DNA of 61,908 nucleotides from IMG/VR virus record IMGVR_UViG_3300033067_000570, positions 1 to 61,908 of that record, one strand, 5' to 3'. Source of the DNA: a virus. Its lineage: Duplodnaviria; Caudoviricetes. Shown here piece by piece: positions 45,901 through 54,805 of this stretch; positions within the stretch are counted from its first letter, which is position 1; each line of letters begins with the position of its first letter. The notes below the pieces were generated by a model. The model saw only the letters and a list, made by a program, of their open reading frames with translations. It was not told where the DNA came from and made no database searches. The position numbers were made by a program, and so were the translations under genes.

Positions 45901-46421
45901 GAACGCGTAGACGCGGAAGCTGTATTAGTTGCGCCTGCAAACGCATTCAAATTTCCCGTAGCGGTATTCAGTGCGCTAGGCGTGCGAATAGAATTAAGTG
46001 CGGCTTGGAGTTGCTGCGTCGAGCGCACAGCAATCTGTGCGGATGCAGAGAAACGCCCAAGAGACGCCGTCAGCTGCTGAAATCCGGTCTGAGACGACAG
46101 ACGAGATAGTGACCCAACAAGCTTTTCAATGTTGGCCGCAACGGCACCAACATCCACCTTGCCCAGCGATTTCAAACCAGACGCAACGCGTCCAACATCT
46201 TTCGCATTACCGAGCTTATCGATACTTATAGCAAGGCGTTCAATCGACTGCGCAGCGGTCGCGTCAACACCCGTGAACCCCTTGAGCGCTGACAAGGAGT
46301 TTGTCAGCTTCGTAGCGTTAGGGAAAGTCTCGATAGCCTTTTTCAACGCGGAAAGGTTGCTGGTGATCTGCGCGATCTGACCAGCCGCGTCGTTGGTTTT
46401 GATTTGAAGATCAAGACTCAA
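42963..46421 (-). CDS. Tape measure protein
   Basis: 1152 aa, Ala/Gly/Ser-rich; tape-measure motif ALEQM..KG...AEEL..QLG..LPGA; two LHPNEAV.PL motifs; follows the tail chaperones. Confidence 0.92.
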   Translation of the reverse strand: MSLDLQIKTNDAAGQIAQITSNLSALKKAIETFPNATKLTNSLSALKGFTGVDATAAQSIERLAISIDKLGNAKDVGRVASGLKSLGKVDVGAVAANIEKLVGSLSRLSSQTGFQQLTASLGRFSASAQIAVRSTQQLQAALNSIRTPSALNTATGNLNAFAGATNTASASTRSFGGSLGSVNGLLAAFGVTLGAVGVAQFASALSDTRKTMETFRATADTTLSSVGGSSRALEFLTSTARELHLPLEGLISTYTKFATSATMSGQSIGNVEKIYKNFSTVLRGVGGGAAEATRVFKALEQMFNKGSIKAEELVHQLGDVLPGAVDALATSLNVTKAELTEMMQAGAVGTENILKFSEEFGKRFSGVAAALGSSWSAALADLSTGWFQFKEAFGAEFFTAVTPAVQGLSAALVEFSQSEGLKTLAGVLGEVSAGIINIVTAAVQFASTDVGGIALALGGIGIAGGLAYKAIMVLVSAFGIAAPAMGLFSGAIASLASVIGGISFASAIAGITSFGGAVAAGLAAVNPLALSISVLAGGFLGLDAALGGPISQLFGFAPAADAAAQGVNSLATAFNAVTDPVLTFNDAITTADASAKGQAVSFQNLDKAGQQIGKRIVELQGQQDELSKEFNNGNISLEQYQDSMNALDAEIGGLKEKLSKIVQAQRDAAKAATDFASKLGSSGAAANSAALGYDSAAAAAWRYVEAARAAQSAGGQGGSVADSYAGGGTTNSGGYRSKKVSMGAFVDAPMLAVGTANTTSLGAPVSGMPAILHPNEAVVPLAGGGEIPVQMTGGGDNSGAYLMKIIEIEAQSKTELGRIWTAINAQTVIVKRLLETNSDHVLSLVRTNEALASSINDVLREVRSAASGASSGGGGYTGGGGGSYTGGGGTSTGGTGGSTSQMDYNTFFAQAQELSNALSQANDATDDFYNTAPWFAYGSSGAHGPRQYSQDDITKLNNLQSAAARRASAFNAFLRQNPDYAAQYYQNLANEALNAQTRRGFLQQAAMYRSRDYSSGTGRSSRFATGSPNAYRDITGGFQATLHPNEAVIPLPDGRSVPVKLPESVMTQMGEMRRRSAEQGVVYGSNGNMSNSTQRGSNGGITVVMNVTAQDAASFQRSQAQIVQELGMKLERVSGQLGINRQRTVPQQRSSF

Positions 46422-46507
46422 GGGCGTGCACTCGTGTAATTATTGAACGACCACGTGAACATACATGGTTAAGACGCATTACACAAGCAGATAAATACTG
46501 CGCCGGA

Positions 46508-46885
46508 TCACCGTCTCCGGCGCAGTTGTTGGTGATGTCTTCCCTGTTGTTTCCCAGGTACTTGCCGCTTCTTGTTGATCCATTGAAGGAAAACGGCATC
46601 CAACGAGCTTACGTGATAGAACAGATCTTCACGCATCGCATCGTCGTCAATGCGCATATACGTGGCGTAAGCCAGTATCTCAGACATCTGGATCGGTTGC
46701 GGTCCACGCTCATTGCTGATGCGCTTAACAGTTAATGTGACGTACGCCGACCAGAAGTACTCGGCTTCCACCAAAATGGCCGGCATGTTCTCCAGCCCTT
46801 TTACAGTAACGCCACTCTGTTGAAGCGATTTCAACCAGCCGATATTTTTGATTTTGTTTCCGTGCTCAAGCTGGAACTTGAGCAC
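46508..46885 (-). CDS. Tail assembly chaperone extension (T-like, -1 frameshift product)
   Basis: Lies in the -1 frame relative to the upstream chaperone; W..Y..L...R, PI..SEI.AY and LD..FL motifs. Confidence 0.8.
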   Translation of the reverse strand: MLKFQLEHGNKIKNIGWLKSLQQSGVTVKGLENMPAILVEAEYFWSAYVTLTVKRISNERGPQPIQMSEILAYATYMRIDDDAMREDLFYHVSSLDAVFLQWINKKRQVPGKQQGRHHQQLRRRR

Positions 46886-46900
46886 GGTTCTTAGTTTTTT
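46860..46900 (-). other. Programmed -1 ribosomal frameshift signal
   Basis: Slippery A AAA AAC (46900-46894) before TAA, then 6 nt, then a perfect 11-bp hairpin CCGTGCTCAAG/CTTGAGCACGG. Confidence 0.85.
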
Positions 46901-47379
46901 TCAATTTCCTCGCGCGTGCGGATGCGATAGTTGTCAACGCTGCTCGCGATCATGACGATCATGTTGCGGAGTTCCGGGAGACGCATCATCAGCATCTTCG
47001 CGGTCTCCGGCGTAAACGGCATGTCGCTGCCGTCACGATTGCGGAACGCAGCGCCGCTCCAATCGGTGATGACCGCCGTAGCAAGATGCTCAGCCAGCAG
47101 TTCGTCGGCCTTACCTTCGGCAAGATTGCCGGCTTCGTCGCGGAAGCTGCGGTACACCTGCTGCAGGCGCGCCATGTTGGTCAACGCGACCCGTGAGGTA
47201 TACCGGCGCAGCTTGACGCTCATGCCGAGGCCGACGTTATAGAACCACCGACCGGCCTCCTGCTCAACGATGTCGGTCTCGAACTGATCGAACACAGACG
47301 GGATCGTCGTTGTTGGCGTGGTGGTGAGCGGAACCGCCGGGTGCATGGCAGCATCCGGTTTAGAAGCCTTACGCGTCAT
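46891..47379 (-). CDS. Tail assembly chaperone (G-like)
   Basis: F.TD...E..G.W and ..DW.G motifs; ends ...EKN*; lies between the tail tube and tape measure genes. Confidence 0.82.
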   Translation of the reverse strand: MTRKASKPDAAMHPAVPLTTTPTTTIPSVFDQFETDIVEQEAGRWFYNVGLGMSVKLRRYTSRVALTNMARLQQVYRSFRDEAGNLAEGKADELLAEHLATAVITDWSGAAFRNRDGSDMPFTPETAKMLMMRLPELRNMIVMIASSVDNYRIRTREEIEKN

Positions 47380-47390
47380 AGCGAATTACC

Positions 47391-47453
47391 TTGCTGGTTG
47401 CTGGTTGCTGGTTGCTGGTTGCTGGTTGCTGGTTGCTGGTTGCTGGTTGCTGG
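47391..47453. repeat. Heptamer microsatellite (TTGCTGG)x9
   Basis: Nine perfect copies directly upstream of the chaperone RBS. Confidence 0.95.
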
Positions 47454-47544
47454 TTGGCTGGAAAAGGGTGGTCCCCCGGTACAGGTACAAGTAGTACCGG
47501 GGGACCGTAAAAGGCGTGCCAGCCTCACGCCTTTGTAGGGTACG

Positions 47545-49353
47545 TTACGCGGCGCTGAACGGAAAGACCGACGAGAACCGGTCAATCATGAACTGCGTGT
47601 TGAGTGCCGGGTCGCGCTGAACCTGGAACTCCATTTCCTCCATCACGTCCTGATCGACGCCGCCCGGTGCAATCGGATCCGACGTGATCTTGAGCGCCGG
47701 CAGAACGAACACGTACTTGAAATTGTCCACGTCCTGGAACGGGAACTTCAAGCTCGTGGTCACGTGGTTGATGAAGTCGTCGTAGAGATCGAAGTTCTCG
47801 AAGTACGCGGTAAACGTACCATTGAGAACAGAGCGACCGTAACCTACACCGGCCGGATACTTCGACGATACAGCGCGCTGCTCACGGAGGTTGTTCTCGC
47901 CAGAAATCTCGATCGACTGAATGGCTGTCGTGAGCGTCACGCCGTCCTTGACGATTTCGCCGACGTTGGACGTAGCGTTCATGACTTCGGTGTTGGTCGA
48001 ACCAAGCTCGATGTAGCTTCCACCCGTCAACGCCTCGGTCGAGGAGTGTACGGACGGCCCGCCCATTAGCGTCACCGAAGCGCTCACCAACTCGTTCGCC
48101 GTGGCGGACAAGTTGATCGAACCGACGCGCATACCCTTCCGCAAGAAGAACTTGCTGGTATCCGTGAAGCCAGTCTCGATAGAGAATGAACGCTTGGTAA
48201 TCTCCGAAACAACACCAGGATTACGCAGATGTGATCCCTTGAGAACAACCGTTGCGCCACCGGAATTCGTATCGGCAGTCAGGGTTTCCTCAGTGGTGAA
48301 GGCCGTACCGGACGTGATGCCCGCGACCGTGACGAAGCCGTTCTTCGTGACGCTGCCGCCAGCGAAAGACGTGACCGTGAACGCAACAGCGTCGGACGTG
48401 GCGATCGAGCCACCAGCACCTGCGTTGTTCGTAATGGTCACGGTATCCGTCACAACAGTGGCTGACACCTTGAACGTGGTCTTCGCAAACTTCGCATTGA
48501 TCGCAGCCGCAATGTTTGCTGCCATCGTTGCCGGCGTGCCGGACAGGGCGATGTGCGTGTTACCCTCCGCGACGAGGGCGGCGTTGGTGCGAACCTCGAA
48601 CACAACCGACGTGGTGCCGTCCGACACGGTGATGGTCGAGCCCTCAACCGGATCGGTGGCCGTGACGACGATGGTGCCTTCACCCTTGCCGAGACCTTCG
48701 ATGTAGACGGTCTGACCGACCTTCATGTTCGTGGTCGTAGAGGCGGGCAGATTGGTGACGGAATTCGTACCAAGCTGAATAGTGGTGCTTACAGCAAGAA
48801 CGTCACCAGCATTCATGATCTTGGTGAACGCTGTACCCGTCTCGGTCACCAGGGTCTGATCGACGGTGATCGTCGTGTTTCCAGAACCGTAAACCGGAAC
48901 GCCGGTGACCGACACGTAACCGTTATTCGCTGCCGTCTGGAACCCTTCAAGCTTGAGCCAATCGCCGTCGCCGATCCAGTCGGTGTAATCACCGCCGGAG
49001 ATGACAACAGTGTTCGCCCCCGTGATGTCGATGGACGAACCCTTGAGCAGGAGGTGATTCATGGACTTAGTCCACGTCCCCAGCAGGAACCCCTCCAGAA
49101 GATCATCCAGAGTGCCGGCCGCGAATTCGACGTTGATGTCGCCCCCGTTCGAAGCACCGGTCTCGATGATGTTTGACACCATTCGATCCGCGCGGATTTC
49201 ATCAGAGACCGCCGTCTGCTTCTCGGTGACGAGAGAACTGGACGTAAAGCGGGCCTGACGAACGGTACCGACGGTCGGCGTGGTTCCCCACACTGCTTCG
49301 GAAATATACTTGAGAGTAGCGCGGTTAGACTCGGCGCTATTGATTGCGACCAT
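47545..49353 (-). CDS. Major tail tube protein (phiCbK-like, with inserted domains)
   Basis: E..WG.TP, S.EIRADR, GDIN.E, SFSIE..F, NNLR and G...AYF motifs. Confidence 0.88.
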   Translation of the reverse strand: MVAINSAESNRATLKYISEAVWGTTPTVGTVRQARFTSSSLVTEKQTAVSDEIRADRMVSNIIETGASNGGDINVEFAAGTLDDLLEGFLLGTWTKSMNHLLLKGSSIDITGANTVVISGGDYTDWIGDGDWLKLEGFQTAANNGYVSVTGVPVYGSGNTTITVDQTLVTETGTAFTKIMNAGDVLAVSTTIQLGTNSVTNLPASTTTNMKVGQTVYIEGLGKGEGTIVVTATDPVEGSTITVSDGTTSVVFEVRTNAALVAEGNTHIALSGTPATMAANIAAAINAKFAKTTFKVSATVVTDTVTITNNAGAGGSIATSDAVAFTVTSFAGGSVTKNGFVTVAGITSGTAFTTEETLTADTNSGGATVVLKGSHLRNPGVVSEITKRSFSIETGFTDTSKFFLRKGMRVGSINLSATANELVSASVTLMGGPSVHSSTEALTGGSYIELGSTNTEVMNATSNVGEIVKDGVTLTTAIQSIEISGENNLREQRAVSSKYPAGVGYGRSVLNGTFTAYFENFDLYDDFINHVTTSLKFPFQDVDNFKYVFVLPALKITSDPIAPGGVDQDVMEEMEFQVQRDPALNTQFMIDRFSSVFPFSAA

Positions 49354-49480
49354 GTGTGGTAGGCTCCTGTTGGAGAAAATCTACAGTGATCTCTCCCTAT
49401 GGGAGACACGACGTTCTATGTTCCCTAACATGTGTACGAGTAAATGTCAACGTAGATTGTGTACTTCTGATACACAAATA

Positions 49481-49729
49481 TCAATAACGACCACCACCAT
49501 GGTACGTCTCATGTATCACAAACTTCATATCAACAAAGTCGTGACTAAGCGTTACTACCGGAATACCGCTGACGGTAATCGTAACAGCGTTCGGCGCGTC
49601 GCGCTTGTGGAGCAGCCCGAGTTTCCGGTACGGCGTGCCTGCGCAAATGAGTCCGGCCAAGTGATCTTCAATCGCGAGATTGAATCTCGAAAGAAGAACT
49701 TCATGACGCGTGGCTCGATCAGCGCTCAA
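49481..49729 (-). CDS. Hypothetical protein
   Basis: Fills the gap between the tail terminator and the tube promoter; start uncertain (TTG 49729 or ATG 49762). Confidence 0.4.
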   Translation of the reverse strand: MSADRATRHEVLLSRFNLAIEDHLAGLICAGTPYRKLGLLHKRDAPNAVTITVSGIPVVTLSHDFVDMKFVIHETYHGGGRY

Positions 49730-50138
49730 CAGATGAATCGTATCGAAACTCAAGCATGACATTTCGGGTGTACCATCCATTGATAACACCACGGGTGCGT
49801 CTTTGGGCTCCATAGGTTTTGAGGGAGCCGGTTGCGGTTGACCACTGTCGATCGGCGACGATGCTGAACACCTTGTCAGTGAGTTCAGTGCTTTCTTTTG
49901 TTCCTGTGTCTTGAGGAACCAAAATCGTGACATTGATGACGCCATAGTGCCGGTACTTTCCAGTTGAGATGTCCCGGCGAACCGCGTCCCCAGGAATCAT
50001 CGCGAAGTGAACCCAAGCCGCGTTCGTCGGTTGCTTGAAGCGCACGTTCTCGAATGCAATCGGCACGCCAGGATACGCCGTAGCGAACTCAGTTTGGAAC
50101 GCATCAGTAATGGCCTGACGGGCTTGATCGAGGCTCAT
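49719..50138 (-). CDS. Tail terminator protein
   Basis: I.FEN..F..P....WV, G...V.I.VP...GT pattern; position in the neck/tail module. Confidence 0.75.
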   Translation of the reverse strand: MSLDQARQAITDAFQTEFATAYPGVPIAFENVRFKQPTNAAWVHFAMIPGDAVRRDISTGKYRHYGVINVTILVPQDTGTKESTELTDKVFSIVADRQWSTATGSLKTYGAQRRTRGVINGWYTRNVMLEFRYDSSVER

Positions 50139-50617
50139 TTGAAATTCCTCATCTTATTGCGGGTTGTTTGTACCGCAAGCATGGACACGCCGCCAGGGTT
50201 ACGCGCCCTTGCTTTTGTAGGCGCTGAACCGTTGTCTATCAAGTCCCACTTCTTAGGATCTATGAAATTAGTGACGTGAACCACCCCTAACTTATTCATT
50301 CCAGAGATCACTGAGCGCATATCATTCAAGGCGGCGGCCTCGTTAGGCCCACGATTGTCTTCCGGGCCTAGAGGCATGTTGCCTGTTGGGTGTGCCGGTG
50401 GCTTAGGTCCGATGTTTCCTTTACTCGAACCGCTAGGTAGCGTATTGAATCCGACAACATAGTTCCTGACGGTCTCGCCGCTCCAAACAGGAGTTCTTGC
50501 CATAAGCGCTTCCAGAAGAACTTCGGTCGCTACGCGAACCTCTTTCACACACGTTTCCTCGAACGCCTTCAATTCGTCTTCGGCTGCTTTTATCCAGGCA
50601 TTACCATTTTTGATCAT
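50135..50617 (-). CDS. Neck / tail-completion protein (HK97 gp10-like)
   Basis: TPVWSG...N and ..GS....P.G motifs; position. Confidence 0.65.
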   Translation of the reverse strand: MIKNGNAWIKAAEDELKAFEETCVKEVRVATEVLLEALMARTPVWSGETVRNYVVGFNTLPSGSSKGNIGPKPPAHPTGNMPLGPEDNRGPNEAAALNDMRSVISGMNKLGVVHVTNFIDPKKWDLIDNGSAPTKARARNPGGVSMLAVQTTRNKMRNFK

Positions 50618-50988
50618 TACGATAGCTCGATATAGATAACGAACAGCGGAGAACCTGGAGGAGACTTTATTTTAACAATCTCCCACTCATCAGAATCAAT
50701 AACAATTTTGTCTGTTTCCTTCGGAACTATTGTGCCAAGCTCCAGTGTCGGAATGAGTGCCTTCTGTGTATTTCGGTCGGCCGGAAACCAGCCGTATTCA
50801 GCCTGCGTCAATCCGGCGAGAACGACGTTCTCCAAAGGTGTGTCAGACGTTACATCAGTCGTTGTATCAGTCACCGGATCATAGACACCAGGAGTGACTA
50901 CACGATAAACAATCGACGTACGCAGTTCCCCAGTCGCCTTGATAGCTCCATGTACAATCTTGTTGAGTTTCGCCCGCGTAATCGCCAT
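50617..50988 (-). CDS. Head closure (stopper) protein
   Basis: G.YDP.T and P...D.I..D..EW.I motifs; position. Confidence 0.7.
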   Translation of the reverse strand: MAITRAKLNKIVHGAIKATGELRTSIVYRVVTPGVYDPVTDTTTDVTSDTPLENVVLAGLTQAEYGWFPADRNTQKALIPTLELGTIVPKETDKIVIDSDEWEIVKIKSPPGSPLFVIYIELS

Positions 50989-50989
50989 A

Positions 50990-51505
50990 TTACCTCACGA
51001 TCTTAGCGAAGCCCGTGCCACCCATACGCATACGCCCAATAGGTGCCAGCAACTGGTTTATGATACTCGGATAAGCGGACTGCGACGCGTCGTCCTGGTA
51101 TTCGATCTCAACAACATCAGCGACGATCCGCTTTAGATTGTCCTCGTCACGTCCGGTTGTTGGATCATTGGTGTAGAGCCACTTGACCCATTCACACGTG
51201 GCTTCCTTCAACTGACGTGGGATCGTATAAACAGAAATCGCGTTGCCGTCCACATCGACAGCGCCCGAACGCGGCCAGCGAAGCGCCTGTGTATCAGTGT
51301 AGCGGTATCCGCACCAAACGACTTTCTGATCGAGAAGACGCGTCGCCCACACAAGATAGTATTCCTTCTGTGTAGTCGTCAGGGCCGTCCACGTAGTATA
51401 GAAATTCGGATCGACGGTGAAGTAGTCATCAGCATACGCCGTCGTGACGTAACTGTTCGCTCCAGCTACCTGAGTGCCATCTTCGACAACGAACGTGAAT
51501 GCCAT
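50990..51505 (-). CDS. Head-tail adaptor (DnaT-like domain family)
   Basis: VEDGT...ANSYV...AD.YF, Q.L.WPR and IP..LK.A.CE motifs. Confidence 0.82.
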   Translation of the reverse strand: MAFTFVVEDGTQVAGANSYVTTAYADDYFTVDPNFYTTWTALTTTQKEYYLVWATRLLDQKVVWCGYRYTDTQALRWPRSGAVDVDGNAISVYTIPRQLKEATCEWVKWLYTNDPTTGRDEDNLKRIVADVVEIEYQDDASQSAYPSIINQLLAPIGRMRMGGTGFAKIVR

Positions 51506-51537
51506 CTACGGCCACCCTGGTTAATGTGTTTCAACGC

Positions 51538-51566
51538 AGTATAGGTGGCTGTGGCATTAACGTCAA
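51538..51566 (-). promoter_or_regulatory. sigma70-type promoter for the neck/tail genes
   Basis: TTGACG, 17 nt, TATACT. Confidence 0.65.
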
Positions 51567-51646
51567 CAAATTAATACGCCCCAGTCTGGACTAGGGCGTA
51601 CTAGAACGCGTTGTTGGGACGCTGTTTAGCTCAGTCAGCCTTCACG

Positions 51647-52132
51647 TCATTTCGCTGCTTTTTCGTTCTTCGCGGCTTTTTTCGCTGCCGCCTCATTCGC
51701 CGCCTTCGTCGCAGCGATCACTTCGGTGAGGCGCTTGCGGCCCCAGCGCATGTCGATCTCAGCACCAAGACCGATCGCTTCGGTACGCAACGCCTCCAGG
51801 CTAGCGATCGCGGCCTCGACGACATCTGCGTTATGGTCGCTGCCCTGATCCAGGACATCGAGGATAGTAGCATCGCGAACCGACGTGATAGTGCTCGGAT
51901 CAATCAGCGCGTCAACAGCTTCCTCTTCCGAAATGGGCGCAGGAATCGTGCGAGTCCAGCCACGAATGCGAACATAGTCCGACGCAACATGCCGCTGAAC
52001 ATGGTGAGGAAGTCCTTCCTTGTCGTAGACCGTGACGATCTGCGCCTCGATCGGGACAGGCCGGCGCGAAAGTGTAACGCCGTTGATGGGGGCGGACGCG
52101 TACGGGAGCTTATTCGGGTTTTCGACTGGCAT
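51647..52132 (-). CDS. Hypothetical head-module protein
   Basis: GAGGA RBS; C-terminal LR..A..LG..ID.RWG..RL motif and a Lys/Ala tail. Confidence 0.7.
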   Translation of the reverse strand: MPVENPNKLPYASAPINGVTLSRRPVPIEAQIVTVYDKEGLPHHVQRHVASDYVRIRGWTRTIPAPISEEEAVDALIDPSTITSVRDATILDVLDQGSDHNADVVEAAIASLEALRTEAIGLGAEIDMRWGRKRLTEVIAATKAANEAAAKKAAKNEKAAK

Positions 52133-52165
52133 ATTTAATTCCTCGCTGTTAAGTAGTTGATGTTA

Positions 52166-52194
52166 AAAAGGGGCGCAAACTGTGCGCCCCTTTT
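52166..52194. terminator. Rho-independent terminator after the capsid genes
   Basis: AAAAGGGGCGCA-aactg-TGCGCCCCTTTT. Confidence 0.8.
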
Positions 52195-52221
52195 GTCTTG
52201 TGCGCGACCGGCGCCGAGTGC

Positions 52222-52680
52222 TTACGCGCTCACAACCTTGCCAAGCCACGCGCCGTAGGTGATCGACGGCGAGTCCGACACGCCGGCGATGGTCATCTTC
52301 GCGGCGAGCCACTTGTCGGTACCCGAGGACTCGGTATCCAGCGCCGCCAAGGTCTTGGAATCAACCAAGAACTTGTAGACGCCGACAGCCGTGATCGCCT
52401 GGGAAACGACGGTGGTCGGCGTGTCGTTGACGGTCGAAACGTCGTCGGCGAGCAGCGAGAAGACGTAGGTGTTCGTGGAAAGATTCAGCGCGGTGACGTT
52501 GAGCCATACCTCGAACACGCCGTTCGGAATCTCGCCGTTGTGCCAGTAGGCGCCATCCAGCTCATTGAGCGAAATGGCGGTCTCGGTAGCGGTGGAGGTC
52601 TCCGCGCCGTCAGTGACAGCGCGGAGGGTAACAGCGGAAGCGGCGTCGAAAACGGCGCTGATCTTGCTTGCCTTGGACAT
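52222..52680 (-). CDS. Minor capsid / decoration protein
   Basis: Follows the MCP; resembles the recalled phiCbK minor capsid protein; AGGAG RBS. Confidence 0.7.
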   Translation of the reverse strand: MSKASKISAVFDAASAVTLRAVTDGAETSTATETAISLNELDGAYWHNGEIPNGVFEVWLNVTALNLSTNTYVFSLLADDVSTVNDTPTTVVSQAITAVGVYKFLVDSKTLAALDTESSGTDKWLAAKMTIAGVSDSPSITYGAWLGKVVSA

Positions 52681-52722
52681 CGTGTTGGTCTCCTGTTGAT
52701 CTTCTGTTGGTGACGGCGACGG

Positions 52723-53646
52723 TTACTTCGTCACCGCAGCATCAGCGATGCTCCAGAGACGCGCGGCGCAGCGACCGTGCAGCGCAACGAAGCTGTTCAT
52801 CCACTCGACGCGGGTACGGTACGCCGGCTTGGACTCCAGCTCACCGAGATCCTTAACCGTCATCGTGCCGTTCTGGATGCCGGTGAGCATTCCAGGACCG
52901 ATCGACACAACGTAGAGCGAGGAAGCGGTCGCCGTGCCGGAGGTCGCGGCTTCGTTGAACGAAAGGATACGCCCGCCGAGGTCGTCATAGTCCACTTCGA
53001 GGATCGGGAGGCCGCTGTAGACAGTGACACGCTTGCCGAACTCGTTGATGGTGTACTCGATGTCACCGCCGACCGACGAGTCGCGAGCCGCAGCAGCGAG
53101 GCGCCGCTTGAGAGCACGAGACATGATCAGATGCGTCGGGCTATCGACCGAGTCGATGGCCTCATCCAGCTTGGCGAGGCTCAGCGGCGTACCGTTGGCG
53201 GTCGAGCCGGCAGCGATCCGCTGCGAACCGGTGCAACGCGTCTGCAGGCCGTCGAACTCGCGCGGGTCAGCCGAGGAATCGCCCTTGATGAACTTCTTCG
53301 TCCAGTACAGGGTGACGGCCTTGACCTTCATCGACTCGTGCGTTGAGCGCACGCCGTCGCCCAGCATCTTGACGATCGCCGTATCCACGTCCAGCTCGCC
53401 GCCGCCGATGCGCAGAACTTCGGTCTGCGGATTGATGATGCCGGTGGACTCGGTGAAGCTCTCGTTGATACCACGGAATGCCACGCCGGGAAGCGCACCT
53501 TCCTGGTTGTAGGCGTAGGCACTGCCCTGGATGTCCATGAACGGAAGGACACGCAGAATGTCGCTGTTGGCGGCGAACATCTCGATCACTGCGGAGCGAA
53601 CGACATCGCCCTTGTTCAGCTTCGAGGCTTCGAGCAGGGTCATCAT
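52723..53646 (-). CDS. Major capsid protein (phiCbK-like)
   Basis: TLLEA.K...RSAVIEMF...IL..LPF, LPGVAFRG.N, GG.LDVD, EFDGL and RT.VEW motifs. Confidence 0.92.
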   Translation of the reverse strand: MMTLLEASKLNKGDVVRSAVIEMFAANSDILRVLPFMDIQGSAYAYNQEGALPGVAFRGINESFTESTGIINPQTEVLRIGGGELDVDTAIVKMLGDGVRSTHESMKVKAVTLYWTKKFIKGDSSADPREFDGLQTRCTGSQRIAAGSTANGTPLSLAKLDEAIDSVDSPTHLIMSRALKRRLAAAARDSSVGGDIEYTINEFGKRVTVYSGLPILEVDYDDLGGRILSFNEAATSGTATASSLYVVSIGPGMLTGIQNGTMTVKDLGELESKPAYRTRVEWMNSFVALHGRCAARLWSIADAAVTK

Positions 53647-53658
53647 GAGTTTTTTACT

Positions 53659-53775
53659 CCAGTTGCCCGTCCACCTTATGTGGACGGGGAGTTAGCGAAA
53701 ATGACTATCAAGGCACCATTGCCCAGTTAGTCGCTCTCGGTTTCGCCAACTCCCCCGGAGTGGAGCGCAACCTGA
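53659..53775 (-). promoter_or_regulatory. Multi-stem structured leader upstream of the MCP
   Basis: Minus-strand stems GGGGAGTTGGCGAAA/TTTCGCTAACTCCCC, GACTAA../..ATAGTC and GTCCAC/GTGGAC, with a closing GTTGC/GCAAC stem next to the GGAG RBS. Confidence 0.55.
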
Positions 53776-53785
53776 TCCTTGCTTT

Positions 53786-54571
53786 TTACGCGGCCTTTCC
53801 GGCGGCGGTGCGAGCAAGTGTAAGGCGGTCAACAGCAGGCAGTTTATCGAAGTCGGTCTGCGACAGACCGCCGTACGATGTCTTACCCGACGCACCGGAA
53901 GCACCGCCACCAGCACTCTGCTTCCCAAGGTACGGAGCCTGCTCCAGAACCTTGGACAGCCATTCCTTCGGCGGCATCGGGGTCACCCCGTCAGCGCCGT
54001 ACACGATGTTATCGCCCTGCTTGGCGACCAAACGACCGTCCTCCTGGACGGTGTAGAACCCGTACGCCCGCGTCAGCACGTCGGGCAGTGCGGCAGGATT
54101 GATGCCGCTTTCGGGATGGAGCACGGCGTTGGTGATCTCACGATCTACCGTGCTCCGCTTGAACTTGTTCTCGAAGTCGCTGGCCTTGGCAGTTGCCTCA
54201 GTTAGGCGCACACCTGCCTGTGCCAGCTGGTTCTCGAAATTCGATTTGGTCTCAGCGACGCGCCGATTGACTTCGGCCTCGATCGCTTCGCTTCCCTTCA
54301 ACTTTCCGTCCTTGACCTGCTGATCGATCGCCTTGAGAGTGGCAATCGTTTCACGGGCCTTGGCCGGGTCGTCGCCGACCATTGCGGCGTAGGCGGTAAC
54401 CTTGGTCTTGAGTTCATCGCGCTCGCGAGCGATGGTCAGGTTGTTGTCGCGAAATTCGTCCAACTTGGACTTGGGCACGACTGCGACGGTGAATCCGCCA
54501 TCAGCCTCTTTCGCGAATTCCCGAAGACCCTCCGGGATGGCATCTTTCGTGGGGAACTTGATATCCGGCAT
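53786..54571 (-). CDS. Capsid scaffolding protein
   Basis: Coiled coil; KLDEFR.NN and EW...L..APYL...S.GGGA.G motifs; directly upstream of the MCP. Confidence 0.8.
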   Translation of the reverse strand: MPDIKFPTKDAIPEGLREFAKEADGGFTVAVVPKSKLDEFRDNNLTIARERDELKTKVTAYAAMVGDDPAKARETIATLKAIDQQVKDGKLKGSEAIEAEVNRRVAETKSNFENQLAQAGVRLTEATAKASDFENKFKRSTVDREITNAVLHPESGINPAALPDVLTRAYGFYTVQEDGRLVAKQGDNIVYGADGVTPMPPKEWLSKVLEQAPYLGKQSAGGGASGASGKTSYGGLSQTDFDKLPAVDRLTLARTAAGKAA

Positions 54572-54641
54572 ATGTCCGCTGCTCCGCGTTGGACTAGAGT
54601 TTTTTACGTCAGGGCCTCCCCAACGCATTACAATACAGCCA

Positions 54642-54657
54642 TTAACACATCGTTAAC
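54642..54657. promoter_or_regulatory. Consensus CtrA box (TTAA-N7-TTAAC)
   Basis: TTAACACATCGTTAAC upstream of the scaffold/MCP genes, next to a minus-strand TTGACA. Confidence 0.65.
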
Positions 54658-54805
54658 TACGTTGTCAATATAAAATCGTACCATTTCAACGCAATACTGT
54701 CAGATTTTATGATCCAACGATGAGTACGGTCCCAAAACGACAAAAACCAAGGATTGCTCCTTGGTTTTCATCTCACTCACTGCATTGTTCTGTTACGCGG
54801 TTCTG

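Noticed and set aside
47341-47585. ORFs encoding (CWLLVAG)n and (QQPATSN)n
   Set aside because: These are translations of the heptamer microsatellite.
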